Shown here: piece by piece, positions 23,811 through 36,522 of the stretch | How the letters are laid out: each line of letters opens with the position of its first letter | Numbering within the stretch: position 1 is the stretch's first letter | From: Octopus bimaculoides | Taxonomy: Eukaryota | Length of the DNA: 51,436 nucleotides | NCBI RefSeq assembly: GCF_001194135.2 | Contig: NC_068990.1 | Coordinates: 48,685,262-48,736,697 of the forward strand | Direction of reading: 5' to 3' | Program-made: the position numbers and the translations under genes | The notes under the pieces: model-generated | What the model was told of the DNA's origin: nothing | Databases searched by the model: none | Seen by the model: the letters and a program-made list of their open reading frames with translations, nothing else

Positions 23811-24513
23811 GTGTATCTGAAAGGAGTGTCAATGGAAAAGAGAAGGAAAGAAAGAAGCAAGAAAAGAAGAAGAAGGAATTGTGTTTACATCTACACAGCT
23901 GGTTAGTTCAAAAAAGGAAGGAGACAAATATGAAAACCAAGGTAACTAGGTTCAATTCTAGTTGGCACAAAAATGTTCCACTATCTGGGTTTCTTGCCAT
24001 TTTTAGGCTCTGTTGCTCCAAAGTTGAATAACGATTAAGAATAATGAAATATTGTGATGAATCAATGAGTGAGGTATCTAAATATTAGTAAGTTCATTTT
24101 GTCATTTGGATCAAAAATAAATATAAAATGTAGCATTTCGTAGTCATTTACCAATATAAATTAGTTGGCAAATGATGCCATTGTTTTAGATACTGAAATA
24201 ACAAGTTCTAAAATAGTTTTGGATTCACTTTTAGGATCAAATCTGTTATGGAATAGAAATACAAATAAATATAATTACAAAGATAGAGAAAGTATATGCA
24301 AAGGTATGAAAATACAAAGATAGTGAAGTATGTGAATGGATGAAAATTGTTGGTGAAATATAAAAAAAATTACAGCTTACTTTACAAATTTGGTCCTTCA
24401 TCTAGTACAAATCTTTACAAAAATAGTGATATTTCACCAGTCACGGCTATATACACACACACACATATATATATAAACATATACATATATACATATGTAT
24501 ATATGTGTGTGTG

Positions 24514-24555
<42 letters not shown>

Positions 24556-24879
24556 TCCCCCTCACAAACATAAGGACACAGGAAATGTGACAAGGCCGAC
24601 AGGAAGCGATCCAGCTCCCTAGGGCTAAATAGCAGCAGTATGATTCCCTTATTGGGACTGTCACATTAAGTTGACAGTATACAAATGTTTTATCGTAACA
24701 CTGCTGCTAATGTCTCTCTCTGAGATTTATAATTAGATCATTTCTAATTTTTATATATATATATATATATATGCATTTATATGTGTATATGCATATATGA
24801 GTGTATATATATACATATATGTATGTATATGCATATATATACATACATACATACATACACATATATACGTGTATGCATA

Positions 24880-25266
24880 TTGGGCCTCATGGAGGCAAAG
24901 TGACTGAGTTTCTTTCAACTGTTGGGCCACACAAAGTCAATGTCTGAGAGCTTTGGCATTATGGCCTGTTTGAGAAGAACCATCAAGCTGAGCAAATTCG
25001 CTGTCATGGAAAATACCGGTGTCACACAAATGGCACCCATTCTGGTGACACTTAAAAGCACCCCAGTGTCACGCAAATAGCACCTGTGTCAGCAGCATTT
25101 TAAAGAACCCATTACACTCTGGGCATGATTGGCATTAGGAATGGCATCCAGCTGTAGAAGACCATGCCAAATCAGACTGGAGTCTGGTGCTGCTTTCTTG
25201 CCTGTCTGCCCAGTCAAACCAGCCACCCATGCCAGTATGGACAATGGACATTAAATTATAATGATG
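24880..25266 (+). mobile_element. RTE-associated repeat family, 3' part
   Basis: Homologous to 15450-15846 and 7431-7572. Confidence 0.7.
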
Positions 25267-25464
25267 TATATGCATATATATATTTATATTTTGCTTAAGC
25301 ATTGTGAGACTAATAACTCAATGTAGAACTCAATGAACGAAGTGTTGTTTGAGTAATAAGAAAGATATGCATGTGTATGTGTAAATATAAATAGGGTGGA
25401 GAGGCTAACCTCATTAAAAATAATTTAGTTTTTTATTTATCAAGATGAGATATTTCATTGATAG

Positions 25465-25677
25465 GTCACTTGTAAAGGTTATTTCTACAGATTTTCTCTA
25501 GAAATTATAGCCAGCACTGATGAAAAATGGGTAGTAAGTGTAAACACCCATTACTCATTTTTCATCTGCAATCTCATTGTTATTTACATTAGATGTACTC
25601 AGATATGAAACTTAATAAAAATCAGTGCTGGTTATAATTTCTATAGCAAATCTGTAGAGATAACCTTAACAGGTGAT
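25465..25677. mobile_element. MITE-like element with 57-bp TIRs and a nested internal hairpin
   Basis: 25465-25521 matches the reverse complement of 25621-25677 (about 50/57). Internal arms gaaaaatgggtagt / attactcatttttc. Confidence 0.8.
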
Positions 25678-26049
25678 TTAACAGTAGATCACAGTATTGA
25701 CTTATTGGTAGACAGAAACTGAAAGAAACATATCGTGAATGCATGTATACATGTATGTGGACTTATACCTACACCTATATGTAAATTTACTTGGAATACA
25801 TTTGAACTCTAGTCTTTATTCTATGAATGGTGCCAATGCCTTTAATCCTTATGCAAATAAATAGTACAAATATATTTAAATTTATGGATATTTAAACAAA
25901 TGTTTAAATAAGACACTTGACTAATACTCCTGTTCTTTTTTCCTATTTACATATTAATGCGCATACCTCTTACTCCCATTTATAAATAAATATATATCTA
26001 TATCTATCTATATATATATATATATATATACACATATATATATGAAACC

Positions 26050-26475
26050 ATCATTTAATGTCTGTCTTTCATTCTGACATGAGTTGGACAATTTGACAGG
26101 AGTTAGTGAGCCAGAGGTTTGTGCGAAGCTCTAAAGCAGTGGTTCCCAATCTGCGGTCCATGGACTCCTGGTGGTCCACAAAGGTAGTACTGGGGGTCCA
26201 TGAACATGGTAAGCTGACAGACCTTTCAATATCCTGGGGTCTATGGGAAAACTCATTTAAATAAAAGGCGTCTTTGGTAGTGAAAAGGTTGGGAACTACT
26301 GCTCTAATGTCTACTTTGGCCTGGTTTTTCAACTAGATTCCCTTCCTAACACTAACGACTTTCCAGAGTGGACTAGGAGCTTTTTATGTAGCACTAACAA
26401 GGTCTACTTTGGTATGGTTTTTATAGCTAGATGCCCTTCCTAATGCCAACCCCTTTACAGAGTAGACTGGATGAA
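26050..26475 (-). mobile_element. RTE-associated repeat (minus) interrupted by a hAT MITE, with an internal ~95-bp duplication
   Basis: catcatttaatgtc..gttggac...ctagatgcccttcctaatgccaac is the reverse complement of the family tail. Confidence 0.65.
26137..26301. mobile_element. hAT (Charlie-like) MITE, 165 bp
   Basis: TIR cagtggttcccaa / ttgggaactactg; 8-bp TSD ctctaaag / ctctaatg. Confidence 0.85.
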
Positions 26476-27932
26476 CCACATGGTTGGGAAGCAAACTTCT
26501 TGATGACACAGCTGGATGTATATGTGTACTAATGTAAACTAGTGCATTGAGTTGCCTCCATTTTTGTCAAAAAAAAACAGCTTAACATTTCAATAAAAAG
26601 AGACCAATAAAATAAATTCCTAGACTGAAATAAGTACTAGAGTCAATAGGATTAATACTCCCACCAAAATAAAAACAAAGTGGTTCCTCAACATAACCAC
26701 TATTTAATGACTATAGTAGATGACTATAAGAATATATGCCATAATTTCGTTTATATATGCTTACACATAATGTTTTCAAACAGCAGCATAACAGAGTAGT
26801 GATTAGCAAAATCATTAGAACAATGGATAGAATTTATTTATGACCCTTTCTATGTTCAAATCCCACCAAGATCAAATACCAATGAAGTATTAAGTTGGAT
26901 TTAATATTTCCTATAATGTATCTTAGATGTAAATGGAATTATAATAGAACGGTAACAAAGGATATTGGTGTTTACTGAAAAATAATGACACACATATTGG
27001 ATGTCAGAAAAATGTTTATAAATATGGCTCCTATTCTTCTAGCAGTTATAAACAGGAACATCAGTTAAGTGTTGTATTTTAATGACAGGCTATTACAATT
27101 AAAATATCTTAGAAAACACAATTCAGTACTGGTCTTACTGACCTAGCAATCTATAACTGCCCACACAGAGTTTGATAACAAAGAAAAATGTGTATTTATT
27201 AGACTGCAGCAGTAGTTTCAAGTTCTTTTCATGGTGGAAATAATGCACAGGCCCACCTATAATATATGAAAAAATGTCAAGAGTATGACTAAATTTCTTT
27301 TTCAACTTTAGTGTCTGTCAATCCATACAAAGTAAAGTTAAACTATTCAGATTTAATGTCTTGCAGGTAACAAAGCTAAATTGTAAACATTCTTTTGTAG
27401 GCGGGTAAGTTTAAATAACTATTTTATATTGCAATATATACAAAAGGACAGAAAGAAGATAGAAATAATTTCCAAATTTGTTGCATTTAGGTCAGTAGGC
27501 AGTGAGTAACAACTTGTAGAAAAAAGACAAAAATAAAAAATCTAAATTACTAAATCACTGTTGGGTAATATGTTTAAAGAACAAATTTTAGAAACTAGCC
27601 CGGGAAATGTAAATATTGTGGCTCCATTTAGTAAATGACTTAGTGAACTAGATTAAAATGAGATAAAATGCTAAAATGTGATCTTTTGAGTTTTCTATAT
27701 AATATTACAACAAAGGAGAACAAACTCTGCCAACAATACTGAATGAAGTAAAAGGAAGATCCAAAATTTTCAGTATTTATGCCAAGGTACAGGTAATCAT
27801 TTTCAAAAAGTAGACCACATAAGGCATGGTTCATCATCAGGCAGGCTACACTGCTAAAACAATATAAGATAATTTGTCAATGGCATACCATTCAGAAAGT
27901 CCCACAGACCACAGTTTACCCATGATTGATGT

Positions 27933-28062
27933 ATAAAAGGAGTCCTTGGTAGTGAAAAGGTTGGGAACCATTGCTCTAATATCTATTTTGGCATGGTTTT
28001 TACAACTAGATTCCCTTCCTAACACTAACGACCTTCCAGAGTGGACTAGGTGCTTTTTATGT
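27933..28062 (+). repeat. Dispersed duplicate of the MITE-right-end/host-repeat junction (26261-26389)
   Basis: The same junction ttgggaacca(t)tg|ctctaat..tagattcccttcctaacactaacgac is present in both copies. Confidence 0.8.
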
Positions 28063-28519
28063 GTATGTGAATGTACTCCTGTTGTATAACAAAAGTGATT
28101 TTGTTTAATTTTTTTCTCCCAATCTTCTACTATAAAAACTTGTTTTTAAACTAAAAAAATAAAAGCGTGAAAATAAAATAAATCAGATGCATTTAGAAGA
28201 TTTTATTATTGATTACTGACAATTTTTGTTTATCAACAATTATTTGTTTACGATTTGTATAGTTTGTTTCCTTTTGTCTTCCATATTATATGTACAAGGA
28301 TCAAAATGCTACCATTTTCCCTAAAACTCTTCATGACATACAGTTTTATCTCCAATTTTGTTTTCATCTATACTCTCAATTATATTTAGTTACATTGACA
28401 AATTTTTTCAATCATCCAGATGAATAAACATTGCTGTGAGATGAATTTCCCTTAAAAGGTTTTTCACCACTGATATTTTACAATATAGGTTAAAACTAAG
28501 TGGGCCTACCTATATAAGT

Positions 28520-28800
28520 GTGCCCCACCAGCTTTGTTTCATCATAACCTTCAGAAAAATGGATGTTTTGTAATGAAATTTTCTACATGTACATTTCAGA
28601 TGGTATAGATTCCAATTATCCCAGAATATTTGTGAAAAGATTTTCAGAGGTAGGGAGAGGAGTTTTGAATAATTCCTATCAGTCAACTTTGTTTCTTCAC
28701 AACTTTCAGAAAAATGGATATGTTTTTAATGAAATTTTCTACAAATATCTTTCAGATGATATAAATTACAATTAGATCAGATGTTAATGTGAAAAAAAAA
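28520..28800 (+). repeat. Two-unit repeat (ctttgtttc.tcataac.ttcagaaaaat...) of a Helentron/HINE-like family
   Basis: Units near 28532 and 28688. Further copies at 30277-30372 (+) and 30556-30770 (-, two units). Family assignment is inference. Confidence 0.6.
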
Positions 28801-30269
28801 AAATCTGGTGGATGCACAAATATATACTGATACACCTCACATGATCTTTTCAAAATATCAAGTTTCGGATCTTTTTTAAAACGGGGGCCACATTTTTCAT
28901 TAACGAAACACTTTGAAACTTGGAACACTGGTAGAATGTGTCATATAAAACATCTTTTTCTCTTAGTCTTCNNNNNNNNNNNNNNNNNNNNNNNNNNNNN
29001 NNNNNNNNNNNNNNNNNNNNNNNNNNNNNNNNNNNNNNNNNNNNNNNNNNNNNNNNNNNNNNNNNNNNNNNNNNNNNNNNNNNNNNNNNNNNNNNNNNNN
29101 NNNNNNNNNNNNNNNNNNNNNNNNNNNNNNNNNNNNNNNNNNNNNNNNNNNNNNNNNNNNNNNNNNNNNNNNNNNNNNNNNNNNNNNNNNNNNNNNNNNN
29201 NNNNNNNNNNNNNNNNNNNNNNNNNNNNNNNNNNNNNNNNNNNNNNNNNNNNNNNNNNNNNNNNNNNNNNNNNNNNNNNNNNNNNNNNNNNNNNNNNNNN
29301 NNNNNNNNNNNNNNNNNNNNNNNNNNNNNNNNNNNNNNNNNNNNNNNNNNNNNNNNNNNNNNNNNNNNNNNNNNNNNNNNNNNNNNNNNNNNNNNNNNNN
29401 NNNNNNNNNNNNNNNNNNNNNNNNNNNNNNNNNNNNNNNNNNNNNNNNNNNNNNNNNNNNNNNNNNNNNNNNNNNNNNNNNNNNNNNNNNNNNNNNNNNN
29501 NNNNNNNNNNNNNNNNNNNNNNNNNNNNNNNNNNNNNNNNNNNNNNNNNNNNNNNNNNNNNNNNNNNNNNNNNNNNNNNNNNNNNNNNNNNNNNNNNNNN
29601 NNNNNNNNNNNNNNNNNNNNNNNNNNNNNNNNNNNNNNNNNNNGGGGGTGACACTTGTGTAGGTGTGACACTAAATGAAAACCATTTTAATTAAATACTT
29701 TAATAGAGGAATATGCAAATAAGTTATTACAATGTAGAATATGCTCTTCAGACGCATTCTAAAATATTTTAATAAATGCCATAACTGAACATGTGTAGCA
29801 CTAGCCAACTACTACATTGCATTAATAATAAATTACCACAGCTATATTTAAATGATAAAGCAATTTATTTTCTAAAGAAAAATTTGAGTAAGAAAAATTT
29901 GTTTTGCAGGGTTTAAAAAGAAATAATTACTAAAAAAAATATAATGTATTGGAAACATGAAAATTTTCTCACTTTATATACATTAAATACAGAGTTGGCA
30001 TTTCAATATAATAGAATTGGAAATTATCTAGTATGCAAAAAAAAAAAAAATTCAGATTTGCAGTTTTCAGGTAACTCATAAAAGGCATCCACTCTTGGGG
30101 TGGTTGGTGTTAGGAAAGGCATCTAGCCATGGAAAACAAGCCAAATCAGACTGTAGCCTGGTACAGCTCTCCAGCTCACAAGTTCCAGTCAAACCGTCTA
30201 ATCCATGCCAGCAAGGAAATCACAAGATTCAAGTGGAAATTTGGGCATACCCACATACGTGTGCCCTCC

Positions 30270-30775
30270 AACCCAACTTTGTTTCTTCATAACTTTCAGA
30301 AAAATGTATACTTTTTAGTGAAATTTTTTACAAATACTCTTTAGATGGTATAGATTACAATTATATCAGAATTTAATATATATATATAAAAGAAAAATGG
30401 TGAGTGCAGACACATACATATTGAAACACACCACATATATATATATAAAAACATAAAAACTTGAAATTTTGAAAAAATTATGTGATGCTTGTTAATATGT
30501 ACATGTACACACCCACCTTTTTTTTTTTTTTCTACATTAAAATTTTGTTAAAAATCACATGAAAAGTATTTGTAAAACAATTAAAGAATACCTATTTTTC
30601 TGAAAGTTATGAGGAAACAAAGTCGACTCATGATAATTGTCTCCTTCTCTCCGGAAAAAATTTTCCCAACACATTCTGATGTAATCAGAATCTACACTAT
30701 TCAAAAGGTATGTGTAGAAAATTTCATTAAAAAAATATTCATTTTTGTGAAAGATATGAGGAAACAAAATCTGAC
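30270..30775. repeat. Copies of the same family in opposite orientations
   Basis: 30277-30345 (+) is the inverted match of 30556-30622 and 30700-30770. Confidence 0.6.
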
Positions 30776-31009
30776 AAACATACTTGTGTAGGTATGCCAA
30801 AAACGAAATAAAAGTAGGGATAGTGAGGGGGAAAACTGAAGGAGCGGCAAGAGGCAATTCGAATTTCCGTTTTTCAAAAAAAAAAAAGGAAATCCAAGGA
30901 AATTTGGAGGAGGGGGTGCATTTGGACATGCTGAATAGTAAATATTTCCACTTTCAGCTGATGATCGAAAACCGAAAGAATGCCTAGAAAATTCGACTAT
31001 CGGTGAATT

Positions 31010-31220
31010 TCAACACTGATTTCAAATTTTGGCACAAGGCCAGCACTTTTGGGGAAGGGTAAGTCGATTACATCGACTCCAGAGCCCGACTGGTGCTTAT
31101 TTTATCGACCCAGAAAGGTTGAAAGGCAATGTTGATCTTGGTGGAATTTGAATTCAGAATGTATAGACGGACGAAATGCCAATAAGCAATTTGCTCGGCG
31201 TGCTAACGATTCTGCCAGCA
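31010..31220 (-). mobile_element. SINE family 2
   Basis: Minus strand gctggcagaatcgttagcacgccgag..ttctgaattcaaattcc..gtcgataaaataag..gtcgatgtaatcgactta. Confidence 0.8.
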
Positions 31221-32419
31221 AACATTTTACAACTTAGAAAGAAAAACGATTCATCCATTTGTAAAGATAGTATTAAAAGCAAGGAGTATTCATTAATGGA
31301 TCTTAGATTGTAATTAGATCCAAGAAAAAAAATATGAAGCCATATTATTGGATACTCACACACAAATGTATTTGCCTCTCTTGCTAAACTAACGTTATGC
31401 TGAAAAGAGAGCTCCACCGCACACTATCTCTAAGAAAAATGTCCGATAATCAAGGGAAAACGTTGTTTTGATTTTAAGTGGTAACCTTATCGCATATGCA
31501 CTGTTGTAATCTGAAACTGGTCTCTGGAGATACAGAATGCATTGATTAACGTAAAGATGCAGTTGCAACAAGCTTTACTCAGCGTTAACTTTCGTGATAA
31601 AAGAAATTCGAAAAATATTTGATCATACGACTGATAAAAGAGAATTTTATGGATGGCTATTATGTATTGACGCTTCTGTCTGAAGGCTTGAACTGTTTAT
31701 TTCTTGATTCGCTAAATTACAGAGTTTTCGTCGAATAATGTCAGGAAATAGAAGCATTTTTGAGCAAATTAAATCATTATTTTAAAATGTTTTGAAGGGA
31801 TAAGATAGAACTACTTACAAAATTTCGTGAAAAATACCACATGCATCCTAAGAGTTAGTAACGAAACTGTGTAACCATTAAAAGGTGTGCCTGTGGGACG
31901 TTGGTGGCTATTCGATGTGAGAGACAACCATTCAAGAATAACATATGCACGAGATTTTAAAAGCGGAGCGATACAAAGTCGTCGAACCGCAAATGAAGGA
32001 ACTACACACAAACGTAAAAGAGTAGTTTAAAAACGACGCAATTAAATACAATACGCTGTTGAACACACCTAGATATTTGTGGTAAATTAATGTACAGCTG
32101 TATAATATTGTTGTATTGTTTCATGTGAGCGGTTATGCACATCTATCAAAAACAAAGTTATCGTTGAAAATATGTAAAACAAAAATGTCAATGAATATTA
32201 ATAAGAAAAAGAAGAAAGAAAGCACACCTACAAAATGCTTAATGTCGGTTTCTTAACATTGACGTCAGTCCATACGCTTTGTAAGAGGGTGGAGTTCATT
32301 AACTCGACCTCGGTAGCTTCTCACCCACCACCACAGCCTCGAACTAAATACCCAAGACGTTTTGTGACCTTCGCTCTACCAATCCTGCAAATTACCTGCC
32401 AAAAATGTTGAAACAATAT

Positions 32420-32612
32420 CAATTTATCTTTAAGGATTTGCACTATTTAGTTCAAGCTCTTTACATTTTGAATTTAAATTCTGCCGAGGTAACTTTAACT
32501 TTCATCGTTCTGAGGTCGATAAAATAAAGTACCAGTCAAGTACATAGGATCGATTTAATGAACTATATCCATTCCCATGTTTGAGGTCGTGTTTACTTTA
32601 GAAATCAATATT
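32420..32612 (+). mobile_element. SINE family 2, diverged
   Basis: ttgaatttaaattctgccgaggtaacttt..gaggtcgataaaataaagtaccag. Confidence 0.65.
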
Positions 32613-33379
32613 AGATTCACTTTAAACTATTGCAAATCATAAACGTTCAATTCAAACCCAATTTGCCATAGTCAATTATTTGATCTCTCGTTTCCACTAA
32701 TAGGTGCCCAGCCATATTGACTTCAAAACAGTAAATACCTACTGTGGTGTAATCACTTGCGTTTCGGCGTTTGCCACATTAAACTATCAAATAGAAATTT
32801 TTAAAAAAAACAAAAAAAAAATAAAGTGAAGCTAGTGAAAAGCTTCCATATGGCCGTCCGACCTACAAAAAGTAGCAACGAAACATCTCTTTAGGCCCTA
32901 GGCATGGACAACCTTTTTCAAGAAGCGGACCGCACGAGACATCTGACGTGTGATACCCGACGTACCCGTATAGGTAATATCAATTTGATGGAGGGAGTGA
33001 GTTAATGCGCAGGCACAAACATCTGATCACTATAAAAAAGTCATCTGTTCAAATTGTTCAGCAAGTAATTGTAGAACCCTCGACTGTTGTCTACAATAGG
33101 AGAGTCCACGACTAAAACAGTAGTAGCTGTCATTAAGAGAAAAGGATTTAAGGTGGTGAAATATAACTGTTTACAAATGTATGTACACATTTCAGGTATT
33201 GGGTGAGGGGCTAGCGAGGTGGTAGGTTAGGTGTTGGCAAAATTAAATTTGTTTTATTGTGAATATGACACATCGTTGCGAGTTTCAATATAGGTTAGGT
33301 TATATTCTCGAGGCAGAAAAAGGCTGAAGGGTTTGACGAGGATAAGTGCTAGATCTAGAACACATTGTTTTGAAGAGTA

Positions 33380-33915
33380 TCTGTTATCTTTTACTTGTTT
33401 CAGTCACTAGATTGTGGTCATGCTGGGGCTTATTCGAACAAATCGCCCCCAGTACTTGTCTTTTTTAAACCTGGTATTTATTCCACCGGATTCTTTTTGC
33501 CGGACTGCTAATGTACGGGACGTAAAGACACCAACACCGGTTGTCAGTATTCAACTTATTATTTCCCTTCAAAACTAATGCCGCGCGGGCAAAATACTCT
33601 GGGTGTATACTCTGCGCATGTGTGAAAATTTTCGCGTTAGTAGGCCGCGTCAGTTCCGGCTCCCTTCTTGAAGAGCTAAGTCGATCAAATTCAAATCTAA
33701 TATTGTTGGTCTCTAGTTACCGAACCTTCGAAGTAAGAGAACTCTATGTATACGACGGGCTTCTGTACAGCTTTTGCCTACAAGATTCACTCACAAATCA
33801 TTGGCCGGTCCGACGCTATAGTAAAAGGACACTTGCCTAAGGAACAGTGTAGTGGGACTTATCCCGAAACAACGTAGTCGTAAGGCAAACTTCTTAACTA
33901 TACATCTGTGCCAGC
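33380..33915 (-). mobile_element. SINE family 1 with a CpG-rich non-family insert at about 33550-33740
   Basis: Family 3' half at 33380-33548 and 5' half at 33745-33915 flank unrelated sequence. Confidence 0.7.
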
Positions 33916-34104
33916 AACTAAGAAGGCATTTCAAAAATATTTTTGAGAATAATTCTCTTGTATACGGAAACACGAATAGTGCAAATTTATAATAATTTTT
34001 AAACTTGAAATTTTCTTTAATGTTACTTAAACACTACCCCATTTCTTAGAGTATATATATATATATACTATCGGGCGGCCTTTTAGCTAGCATATAGCTT
34101 TTAA

Positions 34105-34230
34105 GCAACTGGCCTCGAATAGGAAGATCTGCAAACAGATCTCTGACTTGTTTTGAAGAATATGTTGCAATTGCTTCCTCCAGAGTCATATCCCAATGAT
34201 GATCATATTCGTCACTAAAAAAATCATGTA
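34105..34230 (-). pseudogene. Helitron Rep/helicase coding remnant
   Basis: Translates FSDEYDHHWDMTLEEAIATYSSKQVRDLFADL, resembling the Helitron D..W...L.EA......LR.LF..IL motif. Confidence 0.55.
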
Positions 34231-34882
34231 AAAAAAATCGCCGAAAACAATTGCAGTAATGAAAACATAGGAATCCAAAATTTCAGGATTGCAGGTCCGG
34301 ATTCGGCCCGGGATGTTTTTAATTTACTCACAGAGTTGGCCTTTAGATTATAAAAATTGTTATCGTACAAAAAAATTTGTCGCAAAAAGTCACGTANNNN
34401 NNNNNNNNNNNNNNNNNNNNNNNNNNNNNNNNNNNNNNNNNNNNNNNNNNNNNNNNNNNNNNNNNNNNNNNNNNNNNNNNNNNNNNNNNNNNNNNNNNNN
34501 NNNNNNNNNNNNNNNNNNNNNNNNNNNNNNNNNNNNNNNNNNNNNNNNNNNNNNNNNNNNNNNNNNNNNNNNNNNNNNNNNNNNNNNNNNNNNNNNNNNN
34601 NNNNNNNNNNNNNNNNNNNNNNNNNNNNNNNNNNNNNNNNNNNNNNNNNNNNNNNNNNNNNNNNNNNNNNNNNNNNNNNNNNNNNNNNNNNNNNNNNNNN
34701 NNNNTTAGCGGTATTTCGTCCGCCGTTAGGTTTTGAGTAGAAGGGATTTATTACAGTTGAGGAAGTGTGACACACTGACATTCACATTTATTATATTAGA
34801 TATGTTTATTTTGGGGATACTTTATGTCAATTAAAGTGTATTATATTTTATATATATATATGTGTATGTATAAATATATATA

Positions 34883-35094
34883 CAGGGTGGCCCAAAAGTA
34901 AGTTTACAGTTATCACGTAGGTACTTTAAATCTCTTTTAAAACATTTTATTACATTTAAATTTCTATCTTACAATTAACTAAATTAGCATAGATTAATGG
35001 GTTCATATATCTTTATAATTAAGATCTAAACTGTTAATATATGAATTCGAAAGAGATAGCTGAATAACTGTAAACCTAGTTTTGGGCCACCCTG
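34883..35094. mobile_element. Tc1/mariner-type MITE (212 bp)
   Basis: 31-bp TIR cagggtggcccaaaagtaagtttacagttat (29/31 match). TA on the left; the right TA is degenerate. Confidence 0.85.
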
Positions 35095-35339
35095 ATTATG
35101 TATTATAGAAAGCAAAAAAAAAAATGATAGTGTTCAGTATGTTGGCCACAGTAATTTCTGTCAAAGAGACATGGTTAAACAAAGTTGTACATCATCTCCC
35201 TCTTCCTCTCACATATCCACTCTTTCTCTCTCTCTTATTATTACTCCCACCGCCACCATCAATACTACTATTACTCTTACCCTAGCACGAGGAATAGTAG
35301 AAGTGTCATTCAATAGTGAGAGAGGATGTCAAAGTGTGA

Positions 35340-35343
35340 TACA

Positions 35344-35439
<96 letters not shown>

Positions 35440-35440
35440 A
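35340..35440. repeat. (CA)n(TA)n microsatellite
   Basis: Direct reading. Confidence 0.95.
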
Positions 35441-35680
35441 AAGGGTAAATATCTATTTACTCTAAGCACTGTAGAATAATAAATTTAGTAAATTGTCTGA
35501 CCTATCGTAGTTAGAAGTATTCATCAACGAGTGGTCACTTTTATTAAACTTCAGGGAACGGGACGAAATAAGAGCAATAAATAAAGTGCATTACAATTCC
35601 AAAAGTGATTAAAGAAATAAAGAAAATAATTGTGGTTGAAAATTGAACATGTGTCTCAGAAGAGGTAAGAATATCGCAAG

Positions 35681-36082
35681 AGGTAGCTGTGTGGAAAGAA
35701 GCTTTGCTTCCCAACCACATGATTCCGGCTTCAGTCCCACTGCGTGATACCTTGGGCAAGTGTCTTCTATTATAGCCACGGGCTGACCTAAGCTTTGTGA
35801 GTGGATTTGGTAGATGGAAACTGAAAGAAGCCTGTCATATATATATATATATATCTATATATATACATGCGTGTGTGTTTGTTCACCTTCACTGCTTGAC
35901 AACAGATGTTAGTGTTTTTATGTCCCCGTAACTTAGCTGTTCGGCAAAAGAGACCGATAGAATAAGTACCAGTCTTTAAAGAAAAATAAGTATTGGAGTC
36001 GATTCATTCGATTAAAATGTTGTCAAGGCGGTAGCCAAGCATGACCGCAGTCTAATGACTGTAACAAGTAAATGGTAAAGGA
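35681..36082 (+). mobile_element. SINE family 1, near full length
   Basis: Collinear with 6824-7240. Confidence 0.85.
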
Positions 36083-36189
36083 TATCTACACTACGACGAG
36101 TCATTAGCAAGTTTTAAGTTGTGTAGTTTTTTTTTTTTTTTCTACGAAAAATACTGCATGCTACCTTGGGCATGTGCCTTCTACTATGG

Positions 36190-36522
36190 CAGGGGTTCTC
36201 AAACTTTTTGAGCCACTGCCCGGCTCATGGCCACATAATACCGTCAGCGCCACCACCCCTATTTTATATATAAATAAATGTTTTATATTTTTCTAATTTA
36301 TATATACCATGAATCATTTGATATTAAATTTATTATGTAATTTGTATACAATACTATAATAATATTATAATAAATTCATAGCGTCCCCCAATTCACTGCC
36401 TTCCTCCCAACGCCTCCTTTTTCTCTACCACCCCCACCGCCTCCTTAGGCACCAGCGCCGACCTGGACGGTCTCAACGCCCTCGGGGAGTGGTGGGGGTA
36501 GCGCTCACTTTGAGAACCTATG
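36190..36522. mobile_element. hAT MITE (333 bp) inserted into a SINE family 1 fragment
   Basis: TIR caggggttctcaaa / tttgagaacctatg; TSD tactatgg / tactatag. Removing it restores the SINE text ccttgggcatgtgccttctactatagcgtcgagccgaccaaa. Confidence 0.85.

Noticed and set aside
22519-24031. Five ORFs of 416-459 aa
   Set aside because: They are made of TA/CA microsatellite and N-gap translations. The same applies to the ORFs crossing the other gaps.
30955-30990. CUGAUGA..CCGAAA as a hammerhead
   Set aside because: No stem II pairing adjacent to GAAA and no stem I/III.
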